From: Octopus vulgaris
Taxonomy: Eukaryota
NCBI GenBank assembly: GCA_951406725.2
Contig: OX597833.1
Location: 26,350,001-26,414,000 of the forward strand
Direction of reading: 5' to 3'
DNA: 64,000 bases
In this document: piece after piece, positions 13,510-26,028 of the stretch
How the letters are laid out: each line of letters starts with the position of its first letter
How positions within the stretch are numbered: the stretch's first letter is position 1
The notes under the pieces: model-generated
What the model saw: the letters and a program-made list of their open reading frames with translations, nothing else
What the model was told of the DNA's origin: nothing
Database searches by the model: none
Translations under genes and position numbers: made by a program

Positions 13510-14212
13510 ATATACGTTTCTATTTAATCACAACACATACAGCACATCTATTTATCAAATGCTAATTAACCTCTTTTAAGATCAAGCGTTGACAATGAAA
13601 TTCGGTAATGAATACAAATGGCCAAATTAATTCCTGATTGTAGCATTTAATTAACTTCTTTATAACTAGCGAAAAATAAAAGAAGCATTAAAACGTAAAA
13701 TATATACACATACATATACTGTGCTTATATATATGTAACGAAGGTGATGGAAGATTGGTGAGAGCATCCTCAACGCTCTTAATTACGAGTGTAACGGAAA
13801 TTCTCCTAATGCTCCAGGATGACAAGATTCCTAAAGCAACTATGGGTTACTTTGTTTTGCGTTCATTCAACAGTTAATAAAATCATACCTATTTGAATGA
13901 AATAATTTTCCATGGGTTAGGGGTTGACTTTGCGTTTACATTACATCGCCATTAGACTAATTTCTTCACTAGAAAGGACCTCGTTAATTAAAAACAATAG
14001 AAGCGACAACAAGATTTATTTTTAAACTTAGTTCTTTCTTCATCCGTTGTTGAGAAAAAAGATTGTCGTATATTTTGATCAAAGGTAGGATGCAATTACT
14101 TTTAATATAATCGGCAAATGTTATTAAAACTCGACAGAGAAATTTAAGGGCATCTTATAAAGGGCAAACCGTTTTAATTTCGGATGTGAATCAATGAAAT
14201 ATAATTGATATA

Positions 14213-14370
14213 CAGGCATGGCTGCGTAGTTAAGAAGCTCGCTTTGCAATCACGTGGGTTCAGGTTCAACCCTGCTACACGGTACCTTACAGAGTGCCTT
14301 GTACTGTAATTCGAGCCCAACTAGTGCCTTGTGAATGGATTTGATAGGAGGAAACTGCGTGCAGTTCGTA
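14213..14370 (+). mobile_element. SINE family C, 5' part
   Basis: CAGGCATGGCTGCGTAGTTAAGAAGC...GGTTCAACCC head with A/B boxes, then GCCTTGTGAATGGATTTG. Confidence 0.7.
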
Positions 14371-14394
14371 TTTGTGTATTTATATTATTTTAGT

Positions 14395-14752
14395 CTTTCA
14401 CTTGTTTTAGTCATGTGATTGCGACTGTACTGGAGAACCACCTTGAGAAACATTTTTGTCGAATAAATCGACCCCAGGACATATTTATTAAGCGTAGTAC
14501 TTACTCTACTCTACCCTTTTGCCGAACAGCTAAGTTAAGGGGACATAAACATACTAATACCGGTTGTCAAGCGGTGATGGGACAAACACAGACAAAAAGA
14601 CGCAATCATACAGATTATATATATATATATATATATACGGCGAGATTCTTTCAGTTTCCGTGAACCAAACCCACTCACAAGGCTTTGGTCGTCCCGAGAC
14701 TATAGTAGAAGACAGTTGCCCAAGGTTCCACGCAGTGGAATTGAACCCAGGA
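14395..14752 (-). mobile_element. SINE family C (internal (TA)n microsatellite)
   Basis: Homologous to 23290-24200, 27929-28352, 36222-37165 and 48129-48392. Confidence 0.8.
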
Positions 14753-15690
14753 AGCATTTTATCAGACAGTCTTTAAAATGATAACTACTGGAATCATTTT
14801 CTTCTGTTTTTTTGTTTTTTTACTAAACCCTCCAAACCAGCACCACAGGTATGACTCAACTAAGAGTTTAAAATATCTAAGGCCACAGCTTTCTCCCTTA
14901 GGACTCGAGTTTAAGTACACCCTTCGAAAATTCTTGGCAATCAACCATTAGATATTACACTCTTTTACTTATTTGTTCCGTTACTGGTCTCATCACTTGG
15001 TGAGGGAGTCAGTAGTGCTTACAAAAGTTTCTTAACAGGTTATACGGTTACTGTATTGATGCCAGTATTTAGCAAATCGCCAAGTTACGTTTTTGAAAGA
15101 AAGGAATCAAGCTCAACAAACCGTTTACAACTTTAAACGTAAACACAGAAAACAGAAGTACACATATGTACACACACACTCGTGCGTGTGTGTGTGCATA
15201 CATATATGTTCGCATTCGTACAGATTTAACTGACTTAAGGTTTGAATAACCGGTAACAGAAAACCAATCACCACCACTACAAAAATATCCGACAACACAT
15301 CTATATGCAGATATATAAATAAATACGCAAAAGGCAATAAAATCTAAAAGTAATCTACTAAAATTATGGCTTTTTCCATAATCTACTTAGCGCAAATTGC
15401 AGATAAACCTTCCACTCCTGGATGTGACGCCAGTTTTTCGCTGAAGAACATTCAAGGAATTGTAAGCATAGCCAAGGTACGTTAAGCCGGAATGTCCAGC
15501 AAGAGAAAGAAACGTCGCCGGCGGATTTAAATGTATGTTATGTCAGTTGTTCCTTCAGTTTCATATGATTTGGTCAATTCGTTACTAAACATATTCTATA
15601 CATCTACACAGAAAACACGCATATATGTGTATATATATATGTGTGTGTAAATATATACATACATACACACACACACCTATATATATATAT

Positions 15691-15745
<55 letters not shown>

Positions 15746-15747
<2 letters not shown>

Positions 15748-16132
15748 ACCAGCGCCACGAGAACATCGTTGTCTTCGTCTGCCGTTTTTTCCAAATACGC
15801 CAGCTAAACTAAGTTGTACTGTCTAGTCGTAAGGCACCCGCTGTTTTTGTCCTGTTATTACTAATATTGTTTTTTGTATTTATATTCGTGTGGCATCGTC
15901 CGTTTTTCTGTCCTTGTTTCGTATACATTCGATCCTTTTTCCAAGAAATCTAATGCTCGTAGCTTAGTTTTTCCTTGGGGCTGGCCGGATCGGGGCGATC
16001 TCAAGATTAATCAGCCGAAATTGCGAGGATGATCCGGTTCTTGACTGAAGATTGAAGGCTTCGAATGTCCCGTCCGTGTTTTTTGTATCGTCTTCTAAAT
16101 GTTTTACGTTCTTGTCCCTGTTTGTATTTTTC

Positions 16133-16138
<6 letters not shown>
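15746..16138 (+). mobile_element. ORF-less (TA)n-embedded mini-element (Penelope-like terminus or retrozyme-like), family H1
   Basis: About 390 bp flanked on both sides by (TA)n. Its 3' part is homologous to 32085-32205 (-). Contains hammerhead strands. Confidence 0.65.
15995..16060 (+). ncRNA. Candidate non-circularly permuted hammerhead ribozyme
   Basis: GCGAT-C-TCAAGA ... CC-GAAA-TTGC ... TCTTGA-CTGAAGA. Stem I is 6 bp and perfect, stem III is 5 bp, the cleavage triplet is AUC. The stem II register is ambiguous. Confidence 0.55.
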
Positions 16139-16172
<34 letters not shown>

Positions 16173-16197
16173 GTAGGCATGTATATATTTCTGTAGG

Positions 16198-16295
<98 letters not shown>

Positions 16296-16304
16296 GAGAT
16301 AGAG

Positions 16305-16372
<68 letters not shown>

Positions 16373-16542
16373 GCATATGTATGTGCGTGTGTGTAAGAGT
16401 ATCTGCGTGCATGTGGTGTATATGAGTGTAGGTGTCTACTTATGTATTTATACATGTATATATAAAAGTAATTATCTTTATATAATTAAATTCTCCAGTT
16501 CCATCACTAGCATGTCTTCACTTTCAGAAATTCTTCTACATG

Positions 16543-16740
16543 CGAGGCGGCGAGCTGCCGGTCAAAATTCTTTGCAACATTTCTTGCGACTTTCAGTTCT
16601 AATTTCAAATGTCACCGGTGTCACCATTGCCTGTCATTCTTCCGGAAACGATAAAATACGTACCAGTTTATGCACTAGTATCGACGCAATCGATTTAACT
16701 CCTCACCTAAAACTGCTGGCCTTGTGCTAAAACTTGAAAC
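16543..16740 (+). mobile_element. SINE family B, degraded
   Basis: GAGGCGGCGAGCTGCC head and GATAAAATACGTACCAG domain. Confidence 0.65.
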
Positions 16741-16811
16741 CATATTTATTCTACATGTAGCTGTCTAAGTCGTTTTTAGCCTATTCACTTTCTTATACTT
16801 GTTGCCATCTT

Positions 16812-16849
<38 letters not shown>

Positions 16850-18054
16850 CTCTCTCTCCCTTTCTTTCTTTCTGCTAACCTACCTTTCTCTATTTCTCTA
16901 TAAATCAATCTTTTTGTCAATCTTTATTGTCTGCTTATGAGACATGCTAAGGCCTCGCACTCAATGATTTCAGTCAATAGTACTGTCTCGTTACTATTTA
17001 TTTCAGAGTCTGCGACTTATATTAGCTTTGTTCTTGTCGCACCGCTACCATAAGGAGCACGCGGACAGGTACACGTTGTTGCGTATGATGTGCGTATGTA
17101 TAAGTGATCATGGTTTGTTTGTATACACATGTGTGGTGTATGTTTACGAATGGACAAAGCAGAGTAGGAGCATACACGAGGATGTGAAGAGGCCACAGGT
17201 GTGTGACGAAGGATTTCCGGACAATAAACATGAGTTGAAATAAGAACAGTAATAAACAAGCGAAGAACGAATATATAGTGCGTGTGTTATTTGACAGAAA
17301 AAATGACCGTCCCGAAATATAACAATATCTGTTTCAACATATGATTTCACATCGCAGGAATCTTGTAACACAAATTCATAAACGTATAAACACACACACA
17401 CACACACACACATATTACATATGCAATGGATTTCTGCACAACTCGCCAAATTCATTGTTAAGGATATTATTCGAAAGCTCCTCACTCATATGCGATGCAC
17501 GGGCACCAAATCCAAGGCCAAGTAGAAGTGAAACAGTCTTCTATACCACATATGTATGTGTGCGGGTGCTGGGGAATTTCTAAGGGACATCACTCTTGTA
17601 GGGATTTCGCTTTGAAGCCGAGTGTGACAATATTTCAAATCCTACAAGAGAGAACGATAACCATATTTTTCAACAACTTTCAAAAGAGCATATATATTCG
17701 AGAGCAGCCCTGCCGGTTAATATCCGATTATCTAATATCCAGAACGAAACCTATTTCTAAGGTCGGTTGTAATGATTGTGTAATACTGCATTTTTTCTTA
17801 ATATATCCACTCAATTTACAAGTATACGAATCCCTATTTTTTTCTGACCTACGGATAACTAGACGATCATGTGTGTGTGTGTGTGTGTTTGCATGCATGT
17901 CTATGTATGTACGTGTATGTGATTATGTATCTATGTATATGTGTAGTTCATCAAAGGCTAGCAGACGGGAACTTCGAAGTTACTGTCCACCCTTCTTGTA
18001 AAAAGTATAATATGTTTTCTGTAAAAAGAAGTGAGGTACTCATCAATTTAATAC

Positions 18055-18220
18055 CAGTTTCAAATTTCGGCACAAGGCCAGGGGTGTTGGTGGAGGATCC
18101 AAGTCGACTACATCGACTCTAGCATTCAACTGATGGAGGACAAAGTCGAACTTGGACGGAATTTGAACTTAGAAGCTAGAGACGGTGGAAGTTCTGTTAA
18201 TAACCTTGCCAGCTCACCAA
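18055..18220 (-). mobile_element. SINE family B, degraded
   Basis: CAAAGTCGAAC...GGAATTTGAACT and GCCAGCTCACC on the plus strand. Confidence 0.65.
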
Positions 18221-18286
18221 CTTCTCATCAGTTTAATATTAAGATATTTTAATGTCTTTTTTTGTATAGTTTGATATGACAACAAA

Positions 18287-18353
<67 letters not shown>

Positions 18354-19099
18354 CATATTCATGTATTTATAGATAAACGTGTATGTATACACACACACAT
18401 ATATATGTAAATATATATGTATATATGTGAGTGTGTGTGTATCTGTATATATGTATATACACATATTTTCATGTATGTATTTCAAACTTATATATTTGCA
18501 TGTACAAGTTTCCGTGCGCGTGCACCTCCCTAAGTGTCTGTGTCTCGATAAAACGGTAGTTTGTTACATTACCCAGTTCGTTGGCACACGTATTTGATCA
18601 TCAGAAGCTTTAATACAATTTCAATCTCAAGTTACAGAACGAAACTTAATGTTATGTGCCAATCTACGAACGATTTGCAACACGCTTTTGATGTGTTGAT
18701 GACGTTATATGCACAGTTGAATTGCAGACGACAAGAACATTTTACAAGAAAAATAACTGTCCCCGGTGAAGAAAATACAAGTTTAACAGCATTTGGAAAG
18801 GAAAACAAGGAAGGAAAGTGTTGGCTAGCTTCCAAATTTGGTCAAATGTGATTTTAAACATCGTTTGAAAAGAAATGGAAAGAAAAATAATGTGTCGCTT
18901 TGGAATCCTTCCATTTTAACATTATTTTTATCTTCCTCGTACATTAGCATTCTTCCTGTGGTGTTAGAATCATTGCTGTTGTTGATTGATGCAGATGTTT
19001 TTGTTGTTGCTGTTGTTTTGATGCTGTTGATGATGATGATGATGATGAACATGATTATTATTAGTATTATTATTGTTGTTGTTGTTACTATTATTGTTG

Positions 19100-19146
<47 letters not shown>

Positions 19147-19306
19147 GGTTGACTTTATCTTTCATCTTTTCGTGATCGATGAAATAAATACCAGATGAAT
19201 ACTGGGGTTGATGTAATCGACTATCTCCATCCCCAAAAATTTCAGGCCTTGTGTCTATAGTAGAAAGGATTATTATTATTATTATTATCATTACTACTAC
19301 TGCTGC

Positions 19307-19342
<36 letters not shown>

Positions 19343-19367
19343 CACAACCACCACAACCACCACCACC

Positions 19368-19402
<35 letters not shown>

Positions 19403-19959
19403 CACTACTGCTACTACTTCAACTTCAACTACTGCTGCTGATTTACGTGTGCGTATATAACCTAGCTTATGTGTGTGCATTTGTATGTGTATGACAATTT
19501 ACATACACCTTTCGACGATTACAAATTTTCATATACACATACATGCATACACGAAGGAATGCATACACACACATATACACAGACACATACAAACTTTAGA
19601 GGCATTTTCACTGAGCAACGCATACACCACACACGGACACTTTCCAGACCAACGCAGTTATCTATACCTGACGTCAGCCTAAATGTCACATATGCCTTAC
19701 ACGTTTTGGTGTGTATGACGTCACACCGAACGAGTTTTTTTGTGTGTACGCGGAAATTGCTACGTAGCAACATTATATAACTTAGAAATTCTGGCACCTA
19801 GACACAGCCACTCTTTTATTCATTATTATACACAACTTCAAAGATGGAAGTCGATGCCGAGTGAATTTGAACTCGGAACATTATAATATGTGACGTTAGA
19901 CAAAAGAGGAATTCAGTAATTCGATTAATAGAGTTCAATAACATTAGTGCCGGAATATA

Positions 19960-20510
19960 TTCTTATCTACTCTAGGCACTAGGTCCGAAATTTTGTGGGA
20001 AGGGGCCAGTTGATTAGATCAACTCCAGTATGTAACTGGCACTAAATCTATCGACCCCGAAAGGATAAAAGGCAAAGTCGACCTCAGCGGAATTTGAACT
20101 CTGAACCTAAAGACAGAGACGAAATAGCTATTTCTTTACTCCCCACAAGGGGCTAAACATATAGTGAACAAACATGGACAGACAAACGGATGAAGTCGAT
20201 TATATCGACCCAGAAAGATTAAAGACAAAGTCGACCTCGGCGGAATTTGAACTCAGAACGTAACGGCAGACGAAATAACTATTTCTTTACTACCCACAAG
20301 GGGCTACACAGAGGGGACAAACAAGGACAGACAAACGTATTAAGTCGATTATATCGACCCCAGTGCGTAACTGGTACTTATTTAATCGACCCCGAAAGAA
20401 TGAAAGGCAAAGTTGACGTCGGCGGAATTTGAACTCAGAACGTAGCGACAGACGAAATACCGCTAAGCATTTCGCCCAGCGTGCTAACGTTTCTGCCAGC
20501 TCGCCGTCTT
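19960..20510 (-). mobile_element. SINE family B with about three tandem internal units
   Basis: AAAGTYGACSTCRGCGGAATTTGAACTC recurs at about 20074, 20227 and 20409. Only one head (GCCAGCTCGCC, about 20495-20505). Confidence 0.85.
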
Positions 20511-21296
20511 GTACCGAAATATATTCAGAGCTCTATATAACGGAGTAAAAAAACAAATATGTGGTAGAGACGGTGAGCAAACATGATCAGAATGGAATCA
20601 CAGAAAACAAGAGGAATATTAAAGAACATATCGTTATTTCTTTCAACATATTTCGAAAGAATACGATATACACACATCGGTTAAGGATAGGCATCATCTA
20701 CAATACACTCCTTGGCGATCACACACACACAGACGTTGTTTAATCTTTTACCTGTTTTTGCCATGCTGCAGCTTCACCTGCAAGGATTTGATCACACGAA
20801 TCCATCCCAGTACTTATCTTTTGAAAGTCTGTTGCTCATGCTATCGTTCTCATTTCTCAAACTGCTATGTCACGGAGATCTACAGAAACCGGCACAGGTT
20901 GTCTAGCTGTGGCAGACACAAATACAAGCACAAGGCCACATAGATGCAAACACATCTTACATACATACATACACACACACACATACATCCATACATACAT
21001 ACATACATACATACATACATACATACATACATACATACATACATACATACATACATACATACATACGTATGTACATACATACATACATACACGCACACAC
21101 ACGCACATACACATATATATATTACAAAAATTGAACAAATATACAAGAAACGGAAAATTTTACAGAACCATAACAAAGAGAAAATCCGTAGCTAATTTCA
21201 GGTAAAAATTTAAATAAGTTTTCAAACAGATGAGATAATGCTTCGGTTATGACGGATATGACTCCCGTTACTGGCGAAGTATATATATATATATAT

Positions 21297-21426
21297 ATTG
21301 ATAAAAATTGTAAGATAACAAATGAAAGAAAGAGATCTCGATAATAAGTAAATAGAGGAATTTATCTGTAAATGTAATACGTAATATTGGTTACCGAATG
21401 ATTGTCACATATTACATTTACAGATA
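21297..21426. mobile_element. (TA)n-embedded mini-element fragment with terminal fold-back
   Basis: Homologous to 43910-44008, 29705-29785 and 30178-30235. Perfect 17-bp inverted arms at 21363-21379 and 21410-21426. Confidence 0.65.
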
Positions 21427-21458
21427 TACATACATACATACATACATATATATATATA

Positions 21459-22245
21459 CTAGCAGCATAGCCCAGCGTTGCCCGGGTATATAAGAGCCCC
21501 TAGTAGGCAACGACTAATCCCATTCTACTCCTTTCCCTCTAGGGAACGAAGGCGCATGTGTAGGTTGCAATGTCTTCTCTTCACTCCCAAATAACTATCA
21601 AACAGCTATCGATAATTCAACCCAACCAATTCCTACCAGGAAAAAATTACATTTGAGACTTTACCCCCACTGCTGCTAATAGCTGCTGCAGCCGCAAGTT
21701 ATTCAAATACTTTTTTTTGTTTACACTTTCTTTATAACTACCACCCCAAACGTTTTACCTTAAATTTTTGACGTACCCTAAGGGTCCTCGGACGCTACTT
21801 GCAAACTCTTGGTTTATCATAAACTGCTTTTGTCGTGTGCACCGAAAAACCTTTTCCATTCGTTTGTTCAGTTTGGTCACTTTTGACTTTTTCGTTGTTG
21901 TCACTCACATTGCTGCCCGCTTTTTTGCCGTTTTTGTACATTTTTATACATTTTGGGATACTTACCCCACGTGTTCCGAGAGTTAAAAAGGTCGAGTTGC
22001 GTCCCCTAGACAGTCTGTAGAAAACGTGTTGCATATAAAAAGCTTAGATTCTCGACCCATGTCGAATTTATCGATTTTGTTTCAGAACTGGGGGAACTTT
22101 TCAAAATTTTCACTGCGTTAGTTTTGAATTATGACATTGGGCTATGTGTGTGTCAAGTTTCATCAGAATCGGTTGAAAGCCGTGGTCAGGGTGAGGGTAC
22201 AACCTGACAGACACACAGACACACAGACAGACAAACTGCCGTATA
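21459..22245 (-). mobile_element. Non-autonomous Helitron
   Basis: The minus-strand 3' end has the hairpin CCCGGGCAACGCTGGG, then CTAG|T. The 5' part CGGCAGTTTGTCTGTCTG... is shared with 42560-42947. Inserted in (TA)n. Confidence 0.75.
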
Positions 22246-22538
22246 TATATATATATATATATATATATACGTATGTATGTATGTATATATGTGTGTATGT
22301 ATGAATGAATGTATGTATGTATGTTTGTATTTATGTATGTATGTATGTATGTATGTGTGTATGTATGTATGTATGTATGTATGTATGTATGTATGTATGT
22401 ATGTATCTAAATATGTGTGTATGATATGTTTCCATTTAGTTGAAGTTATTGTTCAGTCGGGTACTTTCGTGCAAGATACTTGTCCAAAGTACCACGCTGT
22501 GGGGTTCCATCTGAAGCCATATTGGTAGATAGGTAGGT

Positions 22539-22573
<35 letters not shown>

Positions 22574-22677
22574 GATAGAGAGAGAGAGAGATAAATAGAT
22601 TGATAGATAGCTACATAGTCAGATAGATAGAGAGATAGATGGATAGATTATATAGATGGATAGACAGACAGACAGAC

Positions 22678-22741
<64 letters not shown>

Positions 22742-22751
22742 GGATGGATGG

Positions 22752-22831
<80 letters not shown>

Positions 22832-23469
22832 TATTTTGTTTTCAAAGTAAAATGTCAAGTCGACATTGGCAGTGTTTAATGTCAAAATTTAAATGAATAT
22901 ATTTAGATGCCATATTTTGTCCAGCTCCACAGTGATTGCATCATCTGTCACCCAGAACAGTAGTGATGTCTATGAGTGAAAGGGAAACTCTGTGTTTGTT
23001 TGACCTGCAAGATGTAATAGTCAAATCTGGGATAAGCTTCAGTCACCCCATACCGTTTGAAAGCGTATAATATAATTATTAGATGGTGTACGCTTACATT
23101 AACCTAAACGGAAAACAGAGTCTTTAAGGTTGGAATAGTGGTGAGCTTGTTTCGTTCGATTAGGTTCTACTTTGGCTCAGTGACAGCAATAATAACAACA
23201 ATGTAATTGACGAAACGCTGACATCTCTACCTGGTCGCTCGTTATACTAAGAAATCTCCATCATTTAAACAAATATCTTCAAGGGGGTAAATGCTTGTTG
23301 TGTGGTAAGTAGCTTGCTCCCAACAACATGATCCCGGGTTCAGTCCCACTGTGTGCGCCCTTGGGCAAGTGTCTTCTACTATAACCTCAGCCTGACCAAA
23401 GCCTTGTGTGTTGATTTTGTAGATGGAAACTGAAAGAATCCCATCGTATATATATATACATATATATAT

Positions 23470-23683
23470 ATATAATTATAATTAGGGTTCAGCCCACTGA
23501 TTCACCACATACCGAAATTACAAATAGGAGAAATAGGAGGAGGTTAGCTGAACCCTAATTATAATTATATGGATAATTTTACCTATAAAGGTTATTTTAA
23601 CGTACTGATCTACTTGGTAAGATTGTTAATAAATGAATGAATGAATTAATTTAATTAATAAATTTTACCCTTCTATTATTAAT
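23470..23683 (+). mobile_element. (TA)n-embedded fold-back-plus-tail mini-element
   Basis: 24-bp inverted arms at 23470-23493 and 23547-23570, then an AT-rich tail ending AATTTTACCCTTCTATTATT-(TA)n. Confidence 0.6.
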
Positions 23684-23724
23684 ATATATATATATATATA
23701 TATAACATAGATGCAGCACGGATT

Positions 23725-23774
23725 TTTGTCAGTGAACAGGTCGCGGATTTTAGCGACGAAAATATTTTGACAAA
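23725..23774 (+). ncRNA. Minimal type I hammerhead ribozyme with G3:C8 core swap
   Basis: Stem I TTTGTCA/TGACAAA, core GTGAACA, stem II GTCGC/GCGAC, GAAA, palindromic stem III AATATT, H17 = U at 23767. Lies inside the (TA)n-flanked element 23703-23913. Confidence 0.75.
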
Positions 23775-23912
23775 TTAAACTTAAATGTTGAAGTGAATCG
23801 AACGGCTTTTGTGTGTTTCTTAAATGGCTTACAAACACCTTCCACGCTGCAATTGTTTTCGTTCCAGCACACGATCTCAGATCAAATCACTTGCTATGCG
23901 ACTACATCTCCG

Positions 23913-23963
<51 letters not shown>

Positions 23964-24764
23964 TGTTTAGGTGTGTGCGTCTTTGTGTCTGTGTTTGTCC
24001 CCCCATCCTCACTTGACAACCGATGTTGGTGTGTTTATGTCCCCGTAATTTGGCGGCCCAGCAAAAGAGTTCGATAAAATAAATATTAGGCTTACAAAGA
24101 ATAAGTCCTGGGGGGTCGATCTGTTCGACTAAAACTCCTTATGGTGGTGCTCCAGCATGGCCGCATTTAAATGACTGAAGCAAATATAAGAATAAAAGAA
24201 AAATGGAAAACTCATGGAATAAAATTCTTTCGGAAGATCACTGCGGTCCTGGCTGAAAGCCTCTGATTATGAGTCTGTTCAATTGGGGCTGCCGGAACTG
24301 AACAACAATCACAACAACGATAATGACCAGAATCAAAAGCAAGGGTCTACGTGATTGATCAATCTGCTAGATATAGCAACCAAAGCTCATCCAACTCACA
24401 CACTACAGGCTTTCAAGTAGAATGCCACGTTCTTCGCTATTCATATAATAATAGGGAATATACTCGGGTGGAATACCTTCGATCAGGTGATTACCAGAGG
24501 ATAAGCAATAACAAATCTGTCAGATACAAAACATCAAACCTCTTAATAATGGAGGACAAGGCTACAGTCGGCTCGATCAAGCATTGTCCTCCGCATTTTC
24601 TCGAGCATTGATGTCAAATTTGAAAGCTAAAAACAACAATTACACGTTCATCTTTAGAAATATACCTGAAATATCGCAAAAACTACAGAGCCAGGACACA
24701 CTGTCTTTGTGATAATAGGTTTTAGAAACTTTGTAAATCGTGTTTATATATTTATATATACATA

Positions 24765-24822
<58 letters not shown>

Positions 24823-25384
24823 CATATATATTATATAAGTATGTATGTATGTATATATGCATGTATATATGTATGTTTGTGAGCGTGAATCACAGAGTTC
24901 ATATATGTATGAGGCTGTATGAGTGTTTATGTGTGGGCAACTGTACGTTTATGTGTATATTTAGAAATCTTAGAAATATTTTTGTTTATAAACAGGATAT
25001 GTCAAGAAAATATCCGAAAATTACACTAAAATTGACGAGATTGTCTCCGTAAATCTCATTCTTATATATAATTTATTTGCTAGAAATACTATTTTCCGTT
25101 TTTTTTTTGTTTTCTCTTTAGCTTTCAAGATGTAGGAATAAATATATATGCATGTGAGTTTATATATAGATAGGTATGTGTGCGCATGCGAGCGTGTGTG
25201 TGTGAGGGCGTGCGAGCGTGCGTGTGTGCGTGTGCACGTGTGTGAGTGTATGCATGTATGAATGTGTGTGTACATATATATATAATCTTACATAGATATT
25301 TGTGTATGTGAGGATACTCAACAAACTTTATAGGAATATATCATTATAAATTCGTTTTAAACTAAGCAATTATATGTGTGTGTG

Positions 25385-25457
<73 letters not shown>

Positions 25458-25488
25458 TGAGAGAGATGCATGTATGTATGTATTTATA

Positions 25489-26028
25489 TTGGGTTGTCTG
25501 GAAAGTTTGTACCGATTTATAGTAGCTTAAAATTTGACTTATTTTAGAACATGGTTGAGTCCATAAAATAGGATTTGATCACACCTCCATTTAGAGCACA
25601 GCTTAAGCTATCTTTTCGTTGTGTTAGTTCTGCAACCCTTTAAAATGAAAGATAAGAAAGTTCATTTTCGGCACTTGAAGCTTTGGAAATCAAACAAAAA
25701 TTGCTTCAGCTCGGCTGGGCTGTGTTACCCCACCCTCCATATTCACCAGATATTGGTCCTTCAGATTTCCACTTATTCAGGTCTCTGCAGAATCGTCTTA
25801 ATGGTAAAAATTTCAATTCCTTGGATGACGTAAAAAGATACCTTGATGAATTATTTGCCATGAAACCACCTGGATTCTGGAAAGAGGGTACTTTCAAGTT
25901 AAAGGAAAGATGGAGACGCATTGTGCAACAAAATGGTTCATATTTGGTTGATTAAAAATGTAATGGCAAGTATTTATTGACCTATTACTCTCCTTTAAAA
26001 ATCGGCATGAACTTTCCGGACAACCCAA
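25489..26028 (+). mobile_element. Internally deleted mariner transposon with both TIRs
   Basis: TA|TTGGGTTGTCTGGAAAGTT... and ...AACTTTCCGGACAACCCAA|TA. MKDKKVHFRHL is joined to the C-terminal LPHPPYSPDIGPSDFHLFRSLQN (YSPDL-like D,D34D motif). Confidence 0.92.

Larger units (their letters stand above)
23290..24200 (+). mobile_element. SINE family C interrupted by two mini-elements in its internal (TA)n
   Basis: The head (23290-23447) and 3' half (23965-24200) are collinear with other family C copies. Foreign segments lie at 23470-23683 and 23703-23913. Confidence 0.8.
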
